Below are positions 39,161 through 50,700 of a stretch of DNA of 64,000 nt, one piece after another. How positions within the stretch are numbered: the first letter of the stretch is position 1; each line of letters starts with the position of its first letter. The position numbers and the translations under genes are program-made. The stretch comes from Saprolegnia diclina VS20 (taxonomy: Eukaryota): contig NW_008246068.1 in the NCBI RefSeq assembly GCF_000281045.1, forward strand, positions 808,371 through 872,370. Direction: 5' to 3'. The notes under the pieces are model-generated. The model did not search any database and was not told where the DNA came from. It worked only from the letters and a program-made list of their open reading frames with translations.

Positions 39161-40413
39161 TTAAAGCGTCTTTCGATGCACAATGGACGCGCCGTGCTCC
39201 TCGTACTCTGCCTTGGTGATCCACATGGTCTTGAACGTCGCGAGCGAGGCGAGGATCGAGCCGCCGATCCACGTCGAGTACTGGCGCGCGGGCGGCGCCG
39301 AGATGCGAATCTTGATGTCCTTGGGCGCCTTCTTGCGGACTTCGGAGAGCAAGCGGTCGCCAAAACCGGGAAAGAGCGTCGAGCCGCCGCTCAAGACGAT
39401 CTGCGAAAAGAGCGTCTTGCGCAGATCCATGTCGGAGCGCAGGATTGCATGCACGAGGCAGTCCTGGACGCCTAATGCGGAGAGCGGTCGTCGGCGATGG
39501 CTCAAGAAGACCGTTAAATCGTACCTGTGTACTCGGAGCCGATGAGGTCGGGGCGGAAGAGGATCTCGGGCGCTCGGAATTTCTCCGGGCCGAGCTAGAC
39601 ACGCCATGAGAGTCCAGCCAAGTATGGACGACGTACGTTGAGGACACTGCCGTCCGGAAGGCGGTACTCGGACGAGGCTTGGGCGGCCGAGGACGGCGCG
39701 TCGCCGGCGGCGTGGGCGAGCTGCTCTTCTTTCGCTGGGTTGAACGCCACGTAGCACAGCTTTTCTTTGATCTCCTTGACAATCTCGAGCTCGGCCGAGG
39801 TCTGAAACACATACCCGGCCCGGCGGCAGAGCAGCTGGAGGTAGTTGGTCACGTCCCGCCCGGCCACGTCCATGCGCGTGATGGCATGCGGCAAGGTAAA
39901 GCTCTCGTAGACGGGCACGACATGCGTGACGCCATCGCCAACGTCGAGGACGACGCCGGTCGTCCGGCCGGACGCATAGAGCGAGAGGACAGCTTGGGGC
40001 GACACAAAGAAGGCGGGCGCGTTGAAGCTCTCAAAGAAGACCTCGGCGGCCTTGACGCGGTTCGCGGCCGGGTTGAGCGGCGCCTCGGTGAGCAGCACCG
40101 GGTGCTCTTCGCTCGTAATGTTGAGCATGTCCTTGGAGTACATGTGCTCCCAGATGCGCTGCATGCGGTCCCAGTCGGTGACGATGCCATGCTCCATGGC
40201 GTACTTGATGCTGAAGAGCCCGCGGTGCTGCTGCACGCGGCTGCCGACGAACGTGTCGCCGCTCTCGTAGGCGCCGCCCGCCATCATGCGCAGGTGCTTG
40301 GTCGTGCCCACGTAGCTCGGGAAGACGGCCTGCGGCAGCTCGCCGCCCGCGAAGCCGGCCTTGAGGATGCCACTGCCGTTGTCGACGACCACGGGCTGGT
40401 TGTACTCGGCCAT
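39161..40413 (-). CDS. ARP1: Centractin / actin-related protein 1 (dynactin)
   Basis: [82 protein letters not shown]. Two introns. Confidence 0.93.
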
Positions 40414-40715
40414 CTCAAAAGCAGGATGCAAAAAGCCCCCGTCCGGACCCGCGTATCCGGACGCACAAGATACGCCAACACTAAAATAGTGTCGCGATCG
40501 CCACAAAACGAACGACAATATTGGTTTGTGTACCAGACAGCAAATAGTGTCATGTCTCGCACCAGTCCCAAGCCAAGCGAGTCGAGCTATCCTGTACATT
40601 CAATCGCATGCACAGAGCTTGTAGAAGCACGACGTGGCGCTTCTGCGAGACCCACCACGCATGCCAAGGACCCACATGGTATCATTACGATGAAATAGCA
40701 CTCGCGAGGACGCGG

Positions 40716-42172
40716 TTAGAGCGCGAGGAGGTCTTGGTTGTGTGTCAAGAGGGCGCCGAGGGCGCCAAAGAAGCCCTCGTGGTGGAAGAACTGCGCTTGC
40801 ATTTGCGATTTGGACCAGTAGTCGATCGCATAGGCCAGCTGGCGCGACGCGATCTACAGCGAATGATGAACGAGGAACATGAATAATGTACTGTCGACAG
40901 GAGGAGGCAGACCTCGTTTTGGCGAAGAAAGTTGCCGCAAAAGTAAATGCGCTGCGTGTCCGAGCGCTGGGCACTGAGGTACGCGACCTAATGTTCATCC
41001 TAGCGCATGTGGAAGAGAGGGATATGTACTTGGCCAATGTTGGTGGTGATCATGATCAAGAGCGACCTCGCCACATCTTCGTCACGGACACCGCTCTTGG
41101 GCTCGTACTTTGTGCCCTGAAGTGCCCATATACGATGGCAAGCGCGTCGATGATGGAGAAGAGGTACCATTTTGCCAAAGCTGCTCGCAAGCGTATTCGC
41201 CGAGAGGTTGAACTGGGTATAATTACCGCCGTAAATGTCACCCACCTAGCAGTATATCTCAATGTTTGCTGCTCCGTCGCCAACGTGTACCGTCATGTCG
41301 ACCGTGTTGGAGTCGCCGACGATGCTGGCGTCCATGGCTTCGTCAAAGCTTCTGTACTTGGAGAGGAGCTTGCAGAGACCGAGGTACGTGCCACCGCCGA
41401 GGCTCGTGCCCGACACGCGCGTGTACTCGGTCTCGCTCGTCACCTTGAGGATGCTCACGCCCGACCCAATGTTGACGAGCAGGAAAGGATACAGCTCCTA
41501 CAGACTGCTGCACCCTTGTCATATAGGTCGAGACGTACGCTGGTTGGCGTGTGCACGATCGTCTTGGTCGCTTCGCCCATGCCTTGGTGGTTCATGGCCA
41601 CGTTCTACTACCGACCATCAACGACGCGACGGCAACAGCATGCGGAGGACCTTGAACGTGTAGCACTCGTCGGGCACATGCCGCATGACGAAGCCCAGGC
41701 CTTGGATGAGGCACGCGAGCTCGTCACACTTCTCCAGCGTAATGCCCACGTTGTCTTCAAAGAGCTTGCTAAACTTGAAGGCGCCGCCGCCCGTGCAGGG
41801 CATCGTGCGGATGTCGCGATGGAAGCAGCGGTGGCGCACAAACTCGACGACCTTCTCGAGCTTGGTTGTCTCAAAGCGCAGAAAGTGGATGCGCCCGGAC
41901 GCTAGCTGCAGCGCCATGCCATCTTCGCGGTTGGCCGACTTGCCATACGTCGTCGACGCCATTATGTACGTGTGCACGTCGCCGAGCTCGGACGGGTCGC
42001 GCTCGAGGTACACGAGCTTCCCGAGCGTCCCGCCGACGTCCATGCCGAAGCGCCGCCCGAGGTCCTTGTCCCGGTGGTAGATGATCCGCGCCTGGAGCCG
42101 CTGCAGCTTGCGCTTCCGCAGCACGACGAGGCCGACGACGACGACCGTCGCCAGCGCAAACCGGGCGAGCAT
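40716..42172 (-). CDS. PANK: Type II (eukaryotic) pantothenate kinase with an N-terminal hydrophobic anchor
   Basis: [77 protein letters not shown]. Multi-exon. Confidence 0.92.
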
Positions 42173-43308
42173 CGTGGACTTTCGAGTTGAATTCGGCACA
42201 TGTGCCGAAAATACATACCAGCCTCCGGTATTCCTAACCGACTTGACCAATGTGAGCCTCGTGTATGAGCTGCTAGCGCCAACACATCTCCGCGCACTGT
42301 GCTTTAACCAACACGATCCGATGCTGCGCTTGACGTTCAACGAGAGCCGTGTGCAACGCCCTCGCCAGCGTGTGAGCCTGTTTTGGACCCCCGTTCGATG
42401 CCGAATATACGTCATTGCGTTTTCATACCCGACTCCATCAAGCTGGAAACGCAACCGAGAGCAGGAGGAGCGTCGTCGTGATTCCGTGCACCGTTACGCT
42501 AGATATACAAACTCGTGCGAGCGATAGGCAAGCGAGCTCTGTTCTCTGTACTGGTTGAATATGATAGGGCACTACGTATTTGATTAGCCAGATCACACTC
42601 GGTTTTTTATGTCATTTATGCAAAGGCGTCGGTAGAGAGCGACGGTTGACGGAATGATGACCAGCACCTGTTACGATCCACCGACGAGGGTAATGAAGCA
42701 GGCTTAAACGCAGTCGTAGGCGCAAGTTGGAGCCCGGAGAAATGAGCGCTGTTGCGACGTACACAGCCAAATTTTCTGCAGTGCAGGATACTGTCGCCGA
42801 GGTCCACGCAGGACGGCTCATCGAGAGCTATGTCGCCTTGAGGAATCTGGCCTTGACTTCACATCTCTTTCATACTGCTTGGACGAGGTGGCCCCAAGCG
42901 GCTCGCCCAGCTTGGATGTGCCAAGTTTGCGCGTTGGAAATGGCGAGTCGGTGTGGTAGGAACGCCATTCAGCCATGTACCCGGGATCGCATACATCTTT
43001 GCCGCATATCAGCGCCAGGTGGATGGTGTGTCTTCCAGCGTAAGGCTGTCTTCGACATGCCAGGGTCGTGGCGGTCCGGTCGTCGTTCCGTCTTGTGACG
43101 GCAAGCGGAAGATCCCTTGGCGCCCGAATTCGAATTCGAAGCGACGATGCCACCAAGTACCTGGAGTATCTACCGACTGCCACCACGACAAGGATGTAGC
43201 CGTGTCGAGGTCGGAGGTGTTCCAGGACTTCAGCGCCTTGCTCACCATATTAGTTGGGTCGGAATGTACAATTATGCATTTCTGTTAAATAGGTCGCTGG
43301 CGGTTTAC

Positions 43309-43608
43309 TCACGAGAGAAAGTACTCGAGCAGCCATGCGTCGTCGTCGTCCATGAGGTCGTCGTCCGTGATGAGGTCCGTGAGCTGCCAGATGGGAAAGA
43401 GAATCTCGTCGGCGCCCACATCCCGTGGGCTATCTTCCTCGAGATCGCCGATGGTGACCTTGAGCGGCGGCACGGGTTGCAGCTTGATGCGCTTGGGCGG
43501 TGCTTCGACAACATCGTCGGCAGAGTCGGTGAGCGAGACAAGGAGCACGCGCTTCCCGCTCGCGGACGACGTGACGGCAAAGTTCGAGGTGGCGTGCAGT
43601 GTCTCCAT
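43309..43608 (-). CDS. Small acidic hypothetical protein ending DDDAWLLEYFLS
   Basis: METLHATSNF...PPKRIKL...DDLMDDDDAWLLEYFLS*. Shares its C-terminal motif with 44556-44780. Confidence 0.6.
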   Translation of the reverse strand: METLHATSNFAVTSSASGKRVLLVSLTDSADDVVEAPPKRIKLQPVPPLKVTIGDLEEDSPRDVGADEILFPIWQLTDLITDDDLMDDDDAWLLEYFLS

Positions 43609-43855
43609 GAGGCGGTGGGGTGGACAGAGTGTTTTTTCAAATGACCGCGAACGTAGGAGACCGCGGCAGAATGGCGTCCCCAACAGCCTCTGGGACGACC
43701 ACTCGATGCCTCGAATTCGAACGGCACGACGACGTGGCACCCCGTTTGTCTCGGTCGTTTCAGAAGCAACCGCGGTGGGACGACTAACGTCGAACTAATC
43801 TTTGGAACACTGTTCGCGCTATCTTCCACCTGACAGAGCTGCGGAAACCCGCACG

Positions 43856-44006
43856 ATATCCTGTCGCACAAAGCAGAGACTACAATGGTTGGCCTATCCT
43901 TGTACTGAAATATAGGACCGAACTCAGGACAATATCCTGTCGCACAAAGCAGAGACTACAATGGTAGACCTATCCTTGTACTGGAACATAGGACCGAACT
44001 CAGGAC
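43856..44006. repeat. Imperfect 76-bp tandem duplication (2 copies)
   Basis: ATATCCTGTCGCACAAAGCAGAGACTACAATGG...ATAGGACCGAACTCAGGAC starts at 43856 and again at 43932, with a few substitutions. Confidence 0.92.
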
Positions 44007-44555
44007 GAAGGTGGTTCATAAAAAGGTTGCCAAGAGCGGTAGCAAGTGCAACGTCCCTCGGTGAGAAACCCGCCGATGCGTTGAGTTGATAGAGATGCCG
44101 TTGCGGCCGTGGGACGACGGCCAAGAGGCGACGCGATCACTCGCGGCACGGGAGCTTGATTCGATTGGATAGCACCATGCATGGTGCCTTTTCTAGATGC
44201 GTCGATGGGGCTAATTACAAGGCACGTTGACGAGTTGCGACTTCAGATTGGGACTCATGCCAACGGTGATTTCACCGTCCGGAAGGACGTGCGGTCGCTC
44301 GTTCGTGCAAGAGGCTTCGACGTTGTTTGGGAAGACGACGACGGCAACCTCCGTCCATACGATGGTTTTTCCATTCGATTTTCCACCGACTCGCGAGATA
44401 GGGATCCTGTCCTGCGGGCGTTTGGCGTTGCATCGACCACCTGTGACGCGGGACGTTGTTTGCGAGGGGTAGGTGGTGCCGATCCAAAGATATATATACG
44501 TGGACGTCGTCTTTTTCTCGGGGATTAAATAGAATATCGTGGTGGCGCGTTGTTC

Positions 44556-44780
44556 TTACGACAGAAAATACTGCAAGAGCCATAAATCGTCCAACAATTG
44601 GTCTCTGCTGGGCTCGCCGTCGCTCCAAGGCGGGTACTCGTCGAGCATGGTGGTACTCTCGTGGATGGGCGTTGATTTTGGGTCGGGGTACACCTGTCGG
44701 CGCACGTCCGAGTCGTTTGTTGGTACCAACGACGGCGTCTCGAGCGCCTTCTTGAGCGGTGAAATCGAGCACAGCGCCAT
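44556..44780 (-). CDS. Small hypothetical protein ending LDDLWLLQYFLS
   Basis: 74-aa ATG-initiated ORF whose C-terminal motif matches that of 43309-43608. Confidence 0.55.
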   Translation of the reverse strand: MALCSISPLKKALETPSLVPTNDSDVRRQVYPDPKSTPIHESTTMLDEYPPWSDGEPSRDQLLDDLWLLQYFLS

Positions 44781-44937
44781 GATCTAGCAAATTTCGCAAT
44801 GATCGGTTTGTTCGATGGGATGCGGCGGGTTATTTAAAGCCGTGGGACGAACCCGCGGAAGTGCCACGTTACGCGGCCGATTCTCTCTCAAAATCCAGTT
44901 ACAACGGCTGCCGTCGTCGATCGATACACCCGCGAAG

Positions 44938-45522
44938 ATGCGTGCGCTTCGTCCCACGAGTCTTGTCCTGCTCGCGCTCCTCCGACGGCTTCTCGCCGAC
45001 GACCACGCCAGCAACTGGTGTGCGGGGTTTGACGAGGTCGTCTTGACTTTCGACGGTCCGTCGCCCGAGTCCCGCGTCGGGGGGAGCCGGCTATCGCCCA
45101 ACATGACCTTTAACAGCAGCGTCCTCGAAGATGCGTATGCCTTCTACCAAGTGTGTATCGCCCGCCATACACACGAGCACGCGATCGAGGTCGACGTCGT
45201 CGCCGTCACGGGCGACACGACGCTTTTCCTATCGGCCGAGAACCCGCTACCGCAGCGCGGCCACTCGTCGTGGATTGCACAACAGCGAGGCAACGACCAC
45301 GTATCGCTGCCAACGTACTTGCCTGAATTTCCCCGTGACGGCCCCCGCATGGCCCTCTATATTGGCGTCCTGGGGGCCGCCCCCGGGGTGTCCAACTTTA
45401 CGCTGACCGTGGCGATCAAAGACTTGCCCGAGAACGCCGACGTTCGATCGCGGCAAGAGTACTACGACAAATCGCGCCGGGTGCTGCTCGAAACACGACG
45501 TCTCCGCCGTCGCGGCGCCTAG
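44938..45522 (+). CDS. Small secreted protein with a beta-rich (PPC-like, tentative) domain
   Basis: Signal peptide-like MRALRPTSLVLLALLRRLLA; YAFYQV..GDTTLFLSAENPLP..LYIGVLG..NFTLTV pattern; single exon. Confidence 0.7.
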   Translation: MRALRPTSLVLLALLRRLLADDHASNWCAGFDEVVLTFDGPSPESRVGGSRLSPNMTFNSSVLEDAYAFYQVCIARHTHEHAIEVDVVAVTGDTTLFLSAENPLPQRGHSSWIAQQRGNDHVSLPTYLPEFPRDGPRMALYIGVLGAAPGVSNFTLTVAIKDLPENADVRSRQEYYDKSRRVLLETRRLRRRGA

Positions 45523-46056
45523 CAGTTTGCATTCCGTAAAAATGTACGTTGCGCTATTTCTCTGATTCGGGCAGAGAGCTCTATTGGCGGCTTGTTATCA
45601 CGGCCAGTCTCGTTGAAGATCTATGCTACTCCGCCTCTTCTATTTCGAGGGCGGAGACGCAAGCGAAAGGCGTTGTGCACCGCTCTCGTCCCATCGAATG
45701 GGCGAGATGGCCTTCGACAAAAATCGCAACTGCATCTTGGCCGAGCGACGGGGCAGCGATGTCCAAATTTTATCTTGTGAACGAATTCCGCCGAGAGATC
45801 AGCTTTTGGCGATAGATAGATCGGCGGGTCCCGTTCCGCTGAGAACTGAAATAGCAGCATATAGATTACCTAGAATCGACGTTGTCGTACCGGTAGAAGA
45901 AATGGAAGACGTCGAAGTCGAAGCTCGAGCACTCTCACCCTCGTCACGAGACGCGCTTTGAGATCCGCATGGTGCTTCCCAACGAAATCAACCTCATGAA
46001 ACGCAAAAGCGCGCCTCGCCGACGACGCGGATTGGCTGCCACGATAAATGCCGGCG

Positions 46057-46140
46057 TGTGATTGGCGGAGTTCGTATCTGGCTTGTGATTGGCGGAGCTC
46101 GTATCTGGCTTGTGATTGGCGGAGCGCCCGTGGGTCTGGC
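46057..46140. repeat. 27-bp tandem repeat (3 copies), each carrying a reverse CCAAT box, in the RCL1 promoter
   Basis: TGTGATTGGCGGAG(T/C)TCGTATCTGGCT at 46057 and 46084, with a diverged third copy at 46111. Confidence 0.88.
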
Positions 46141-46190
46141 ACCAATGAAATTATCGTTCCGAGTTGGTGCGACTGCGTCAAAGCGAGAGC

Positions 46191-47424
46191 ATGAGCAAGC
46201 AGAGCAATCCGGCCAAGCGGGGCGGGTTCGCGTCCTCCTTTGCGACGTCCGGCGGGACGCTCAAGTTCCAGGGCTGCGCCCACTTTCGCCAGCGTTTGGT
46301 GTGTGCGACGCTTAGCGGCCGCCGCATTCTCATCCAAAACATCCGCGCCGAGAGCGACGAGCCGGGCATCACGGAGTTTGAAGCCAACTTTTTGCGGCTC
46401 CTCGACAACCTCACCAACGGCAGCCAGATCGAAATCAACGAAACCGGTACGTCGCTCAAGTACACGCCCGGCTTTATCGTTGGCGGGACGATCGACCACG
46501 ACTGTGGCACGAAGCGCGCGATCGGCTGGTTCCTCGAACCGCTTGTCGCGCTCGCGCCCTTTGCCAAGAAGCCGCTCGTTGCGACGCTGCGCGGTATCAC
46601 AAACGACGACGTGGATGTCTCGGTCGACTCGTTCAAGGCGATCACATTGCCGCTGATCAAGGTAGCAAATCTGGGCCGACTCGCTCGATCTCATCACTTG
46701 CTAGCACTTTGGCCTTGACGAAGGCCTCGATTTCAAGGTCAAGAAGCGCGGTGCCCCGCCGCTCGGTGGCGGCGAAGTCATCTTTCGCTGCCCGATCGTG
46801 CGCCAGCTTCGGTCGGTGCACCTCATCGACGACGGCTTTATCAAGCGGATCCGCGGCGTGGCCTACTGCACGCGCGTGTCGCCGCAGACCGCCAACCGCA
46901 TCGTCGACACGGGCCGTGGCATCTTCAACAAGCTGCTGCCGGATGTGTACATTTACTCGGACCACTACAAGGGCGCCGAGTCGGGTCTTTCGCCTGGCTT
47001 TGGCCTCTCGCTCGTTGCCGAGACGACGACCGGTATCGTGTTGGGGGCCGAAGCCGCGGCCACGAGTGGCAGTCTCCCCGAAGACGTGGCCAAGACCGCG
47101 TCGCACTTGCTCTGCGAAGAGATTCAAAAGGGCGGCTGCGTCGACACGACCAACCAGTGCCTCACGCTCCTCCTCATGACGCTGTCGCCCGAAGACGTAT
47201 CGAAAGTTCGCTTTGGCAAGCTCACGCCGCACAGGTATCTATTGATTCTTGCCATGTTGTTTGGCGCCGAGATTGAAGCGTCCATTTCTAGCATTCAATT
47301 CCTGCGTCATTTGCGCGACTTCTTCGGTGTCACGTTCAAGATCAAGGCCGAGAACGAGACCAAGACCGTGCTGCTCTCGTGCCTGGGCCTGGGCTTCAAA
47401 AATTTGTCGAAAAAAGTTACTTAA
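46191..47424 (+). CDS. RCL1: RNA 3'-terminal phosphate cyclase-like protein (18S rRNA biogenesis)
   Basis: FQGCAHFRQRLVCATLSG, IEINETGT, LRGITND, KKRGAPPLGGGEV, SPGFGLSLVAETTTG, IQFLRHLRDFFGVTF. Two introns. Confidence 0.94.
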
Positions 47425-47728
47425 ACCCACTACAATATATACAACCGACCACACGCACACAATGGAACAAGTCTGCTAAACTACGCATTGCGACACGCTA
47501 CATTATACGCGGGCAACATACACCAATGGTGTCCGCACCACAAAAGGTGGCCATGGAGCCGCCCGAGCCACAAGCACTCCGGACCGTCCGTTTGGAATCA
47601 GATGCGACTCAGATGCAGGCCGCCAATCCAATGTCGTCGTTACAACATGTGCTTTTCGCACCACAACATGGATGTCCGCTCGTGGAATTTGGAATTGGAA
47701 ATACATACATTGAGGAAATTCGCGACTA

Positions 47729-50700
47729 TTATTTGCGGCGAGATTTCGCCTTCTCAATGTCCTTGCTCTTGGTCGGTGGCTTCTTGCGCTTGGGTTTGGG
47801 CGCGGCCTCGAGGGGTTGAATCTTCTTCCCGCCCATCTTGGATTTGATCGCAGTGCGCCCGGCCACAAGCCACTTGATAGCGATCGCCGTCGAAGCGGCA
47901 TTGAGGAAGACTGGTTGGTTGGCCCACTTGGCGCCCCGGAGCGCCGCGTCCTCTTCGTCGTCGCTGACGTTGGCGACCGCGCGGCGCTTGCCGGTTTTGC
48001 CAAACACGCGGTCCTGGCCAAGCTTGTACCACTTGAGTAGAATTGCGCGCGACGCCGCGTTGAGGTGGACGCTCCCAAAGCCGAGGGCGGCTGCGGTCTC
48101 GGCGTCGGCCATCGTTTGGTCGTTGGCACCGAGCCCGAGGGGCTGCATGCGTGCCTCTTGCTTCTGCTTGGCGAGGCAGTTGAGGCAGAGCGTCCGAAAC
48201 TTCTCGTGCTTGATGAAGAACGCCTTCCACTCGGCCACGTTGAACTCGTCACTCGGGTACACCTTGTCAAACTTGTCGCCCATGACTTCGAGCGGAATCA
48301 TGAGCTCGACTTGGAGCTGGCGGCGACTGAGGCAGCTCTCGCACTCGACCTTGCGCGCGGCGTTGATGATGGGCTGCACCGCTTCGCGAAGCCGGAGGCG
48401 GCGGCGCGCTTTGGCCAGCCAGAGCCGAATGATGTCGCGGGACGGCGCCGTGAGCGAAACGGGCCCGAAATGCGGCCGGCCACCTAGTTGCAATAATGAA
48501 CCTCAAGATATTGCATACGATGCAATCGTCATACTGTCGTCGTCATCGTCGTCCGACACTTGGGGGTTGAGACTGCTAATGATCTTTGAAAACTGCGTGA
48601 TCAAGTACGGCCGCGCCCGCCGCAGCGTTCGGGGCGTGAGAATGTTGGGCAGCTGCTCGATGATCCACGCGCGGTTGTAGTTGAGGAACTTGTACCGAAA
48701 CGTCTCGGACGTCAGACGTTGGTTCATCAAGAACGCTTCGTGCGACGCGCCTTTGAGTCGCTCGAGCTCCTCCCAGTTGGGTACGTCCATGTTCTCGTCT
48801 TCCGGGTTGGCAATCCACATGGTCGACTCGTGCCGGAGCTTGTACAAGGCGAGCTTCCGGATCAAGTAGAGGCAGATGCGGCGCACGCAGTAGCACGTTA
48901 GTGCCATGTACGGCACAAGCGCCAGCACCGCGGGGTCGGCAAACATATTGTATTTGTTGCGCACCTAAACAAAAAATATCAATGTATCAGTGTATCAGTC
49001 GTGACATGTCAGGATGACATACCATGATTTCGATCGCGACCACGAGCGCGAGGATCGCGAGGGTTTGGACACCGCACATGAAATGGTACTGGGACGAAAA
49101 GCAAATCTGGTCGAGGTGCCGAAGGCCTTCTTCAATGCACTCGTCGAGGTTGTGCTCGAGGCCCTTCCAGCGCTTCTCGCGCTGGATGTAGCGGTACCGG
49201 CAGTAGACAAAGTAGTCGTAGAGCTTCCAGCCCTTGAAGAGCTCGAGCGAGTGCAAGATGAAGACGTCCGCGAGCAGGTGGTACGAGATGATGACGATGA
49301 AAAAGTAACAGTAGTACTCGAGGTCTTGGACGCGGATGCTGTAATTGTCGGCAATGCCCGTCTCGGCCCGAAACACAATCATGATGATGACCATGGTCGG
49401 CTGGAAGAAGAATGCGAGCGTTTCCATGGCGTACTCCATGGCGAAGTCAATGATCGGCTCGACCGTGTCCGCGTCCTCTTCACTCGCTTTGTCGCTTGCC
49501 GCCTTGTCCGAAAGCGCCTTCTTGGCGTCTTCTTCCTTCTTCTTGTTGGCTTCGTCTTCGTCGTTGTCGATCGGCTTGCCGTCGGGCCCGAGCTTCTTCG
49601 GCTTGCGCTTCTTCTTTTTCCGGACCAGAAAAATCTTGGCCAAGCGCACGACTTCCTTCCCGGCTCTCTGAAGCAGCCGGAAACATGCGCGCAGATGGCC
49701 AAAGATCGCGTCCAAAACCACATCAAAGTAGAGCCGATGGAGGAACGCGACGCCAAACAAAATGTAAAACGCAATCATGAACCCAAGCAAGTCGGGCGCC
49801 GCCATTGTGATCGTAGCAAAGACGACGTTGGTCGCACACTTGAGCGGACTGAGAAGGAGTCGGTCGTGCAGCATGGCCTCGCCCGCCATGTCGATGATAG
49901 GCACGAGCAGCTTGGTCATAAAGAGAATGTACCAGAGGTAATTCGGAAAGTCCTTCCAAAACGAAAACTCGACCACGACCGTGAGGAAGAGCGCTTGGAG
50001 CACACTCGCAAAGATGAAGCTCGTCCGGAGCCACGGCGTTGGTTTCCACAGCGAGTCGTCTTCTTCTGGCAAGAGCGCGTCGCTTGTCTCGGTCTTTTCT
50101 TCGGCCGCGCGCTCTGAAATCGAAATGGTCTTGGGCACGAAAATGACGGCCGCTTCGCTCATCAAGTAGCACCCGAGCAGGAGAAAACAAAAGCCCGTCC
50201 GCCCATGACGCATCGTCGTCACGAGCGCCGGGTCGAGCAAAGCAGCGTTGTACTGACTCTTGACGTTGTCGAGGAGCCAGTACGGGTACGCCCCCGGGTA
50301 GTTGTTGGAAATCGAAAACGCAAGGTCGCCGTTGAGCAAGAGGTAGAACGACCCGATGATTGCCGAGAGTGGCAGTGTCGCTAAAATCGCACCGATCGTT
50401 GGCGGCGGCGCAATCAGCGAAAGATAGCTCAAGTAGTAGAGCTTGGGCGGGTCTCGAATGCGCGTCATGAGCCTACAAAGTATCGCAACATGACAGACTG
50501 TCTTGCCCATTTCAGACAGTGTACCGATTGATGATCCACGCCATCGCACAGCCAACCCATGCGACGAGCCCCATGACGTTGAAGAGCGTGATGTACATGG
50601 ACGGCTCGAACGCAAAGTTGATGAGGAGCTCGAGGTACCCAAGCGGGTGGTACTCGACGTGCAGTGCATAGTCGGTCCGCGTCGTGTCCACATCAAAGTT

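Noticed and set aside
42650..42760. C-box-like ATGATGA suggesting a C/D snoRNA
   Set aside because: No properly placed CTGA D box or terminal stem was seen.
44181..44528. 115-aa plus-strand ORF
   Set aside because: No motif, signal or paralogue visible; cannot be supported without homology or expression data.
46057..46140. Short regular repeats as a possible CRISPR array
   Set aside because: Head-to-tail units without unique spacers, no cas genes, eukaryotic context.
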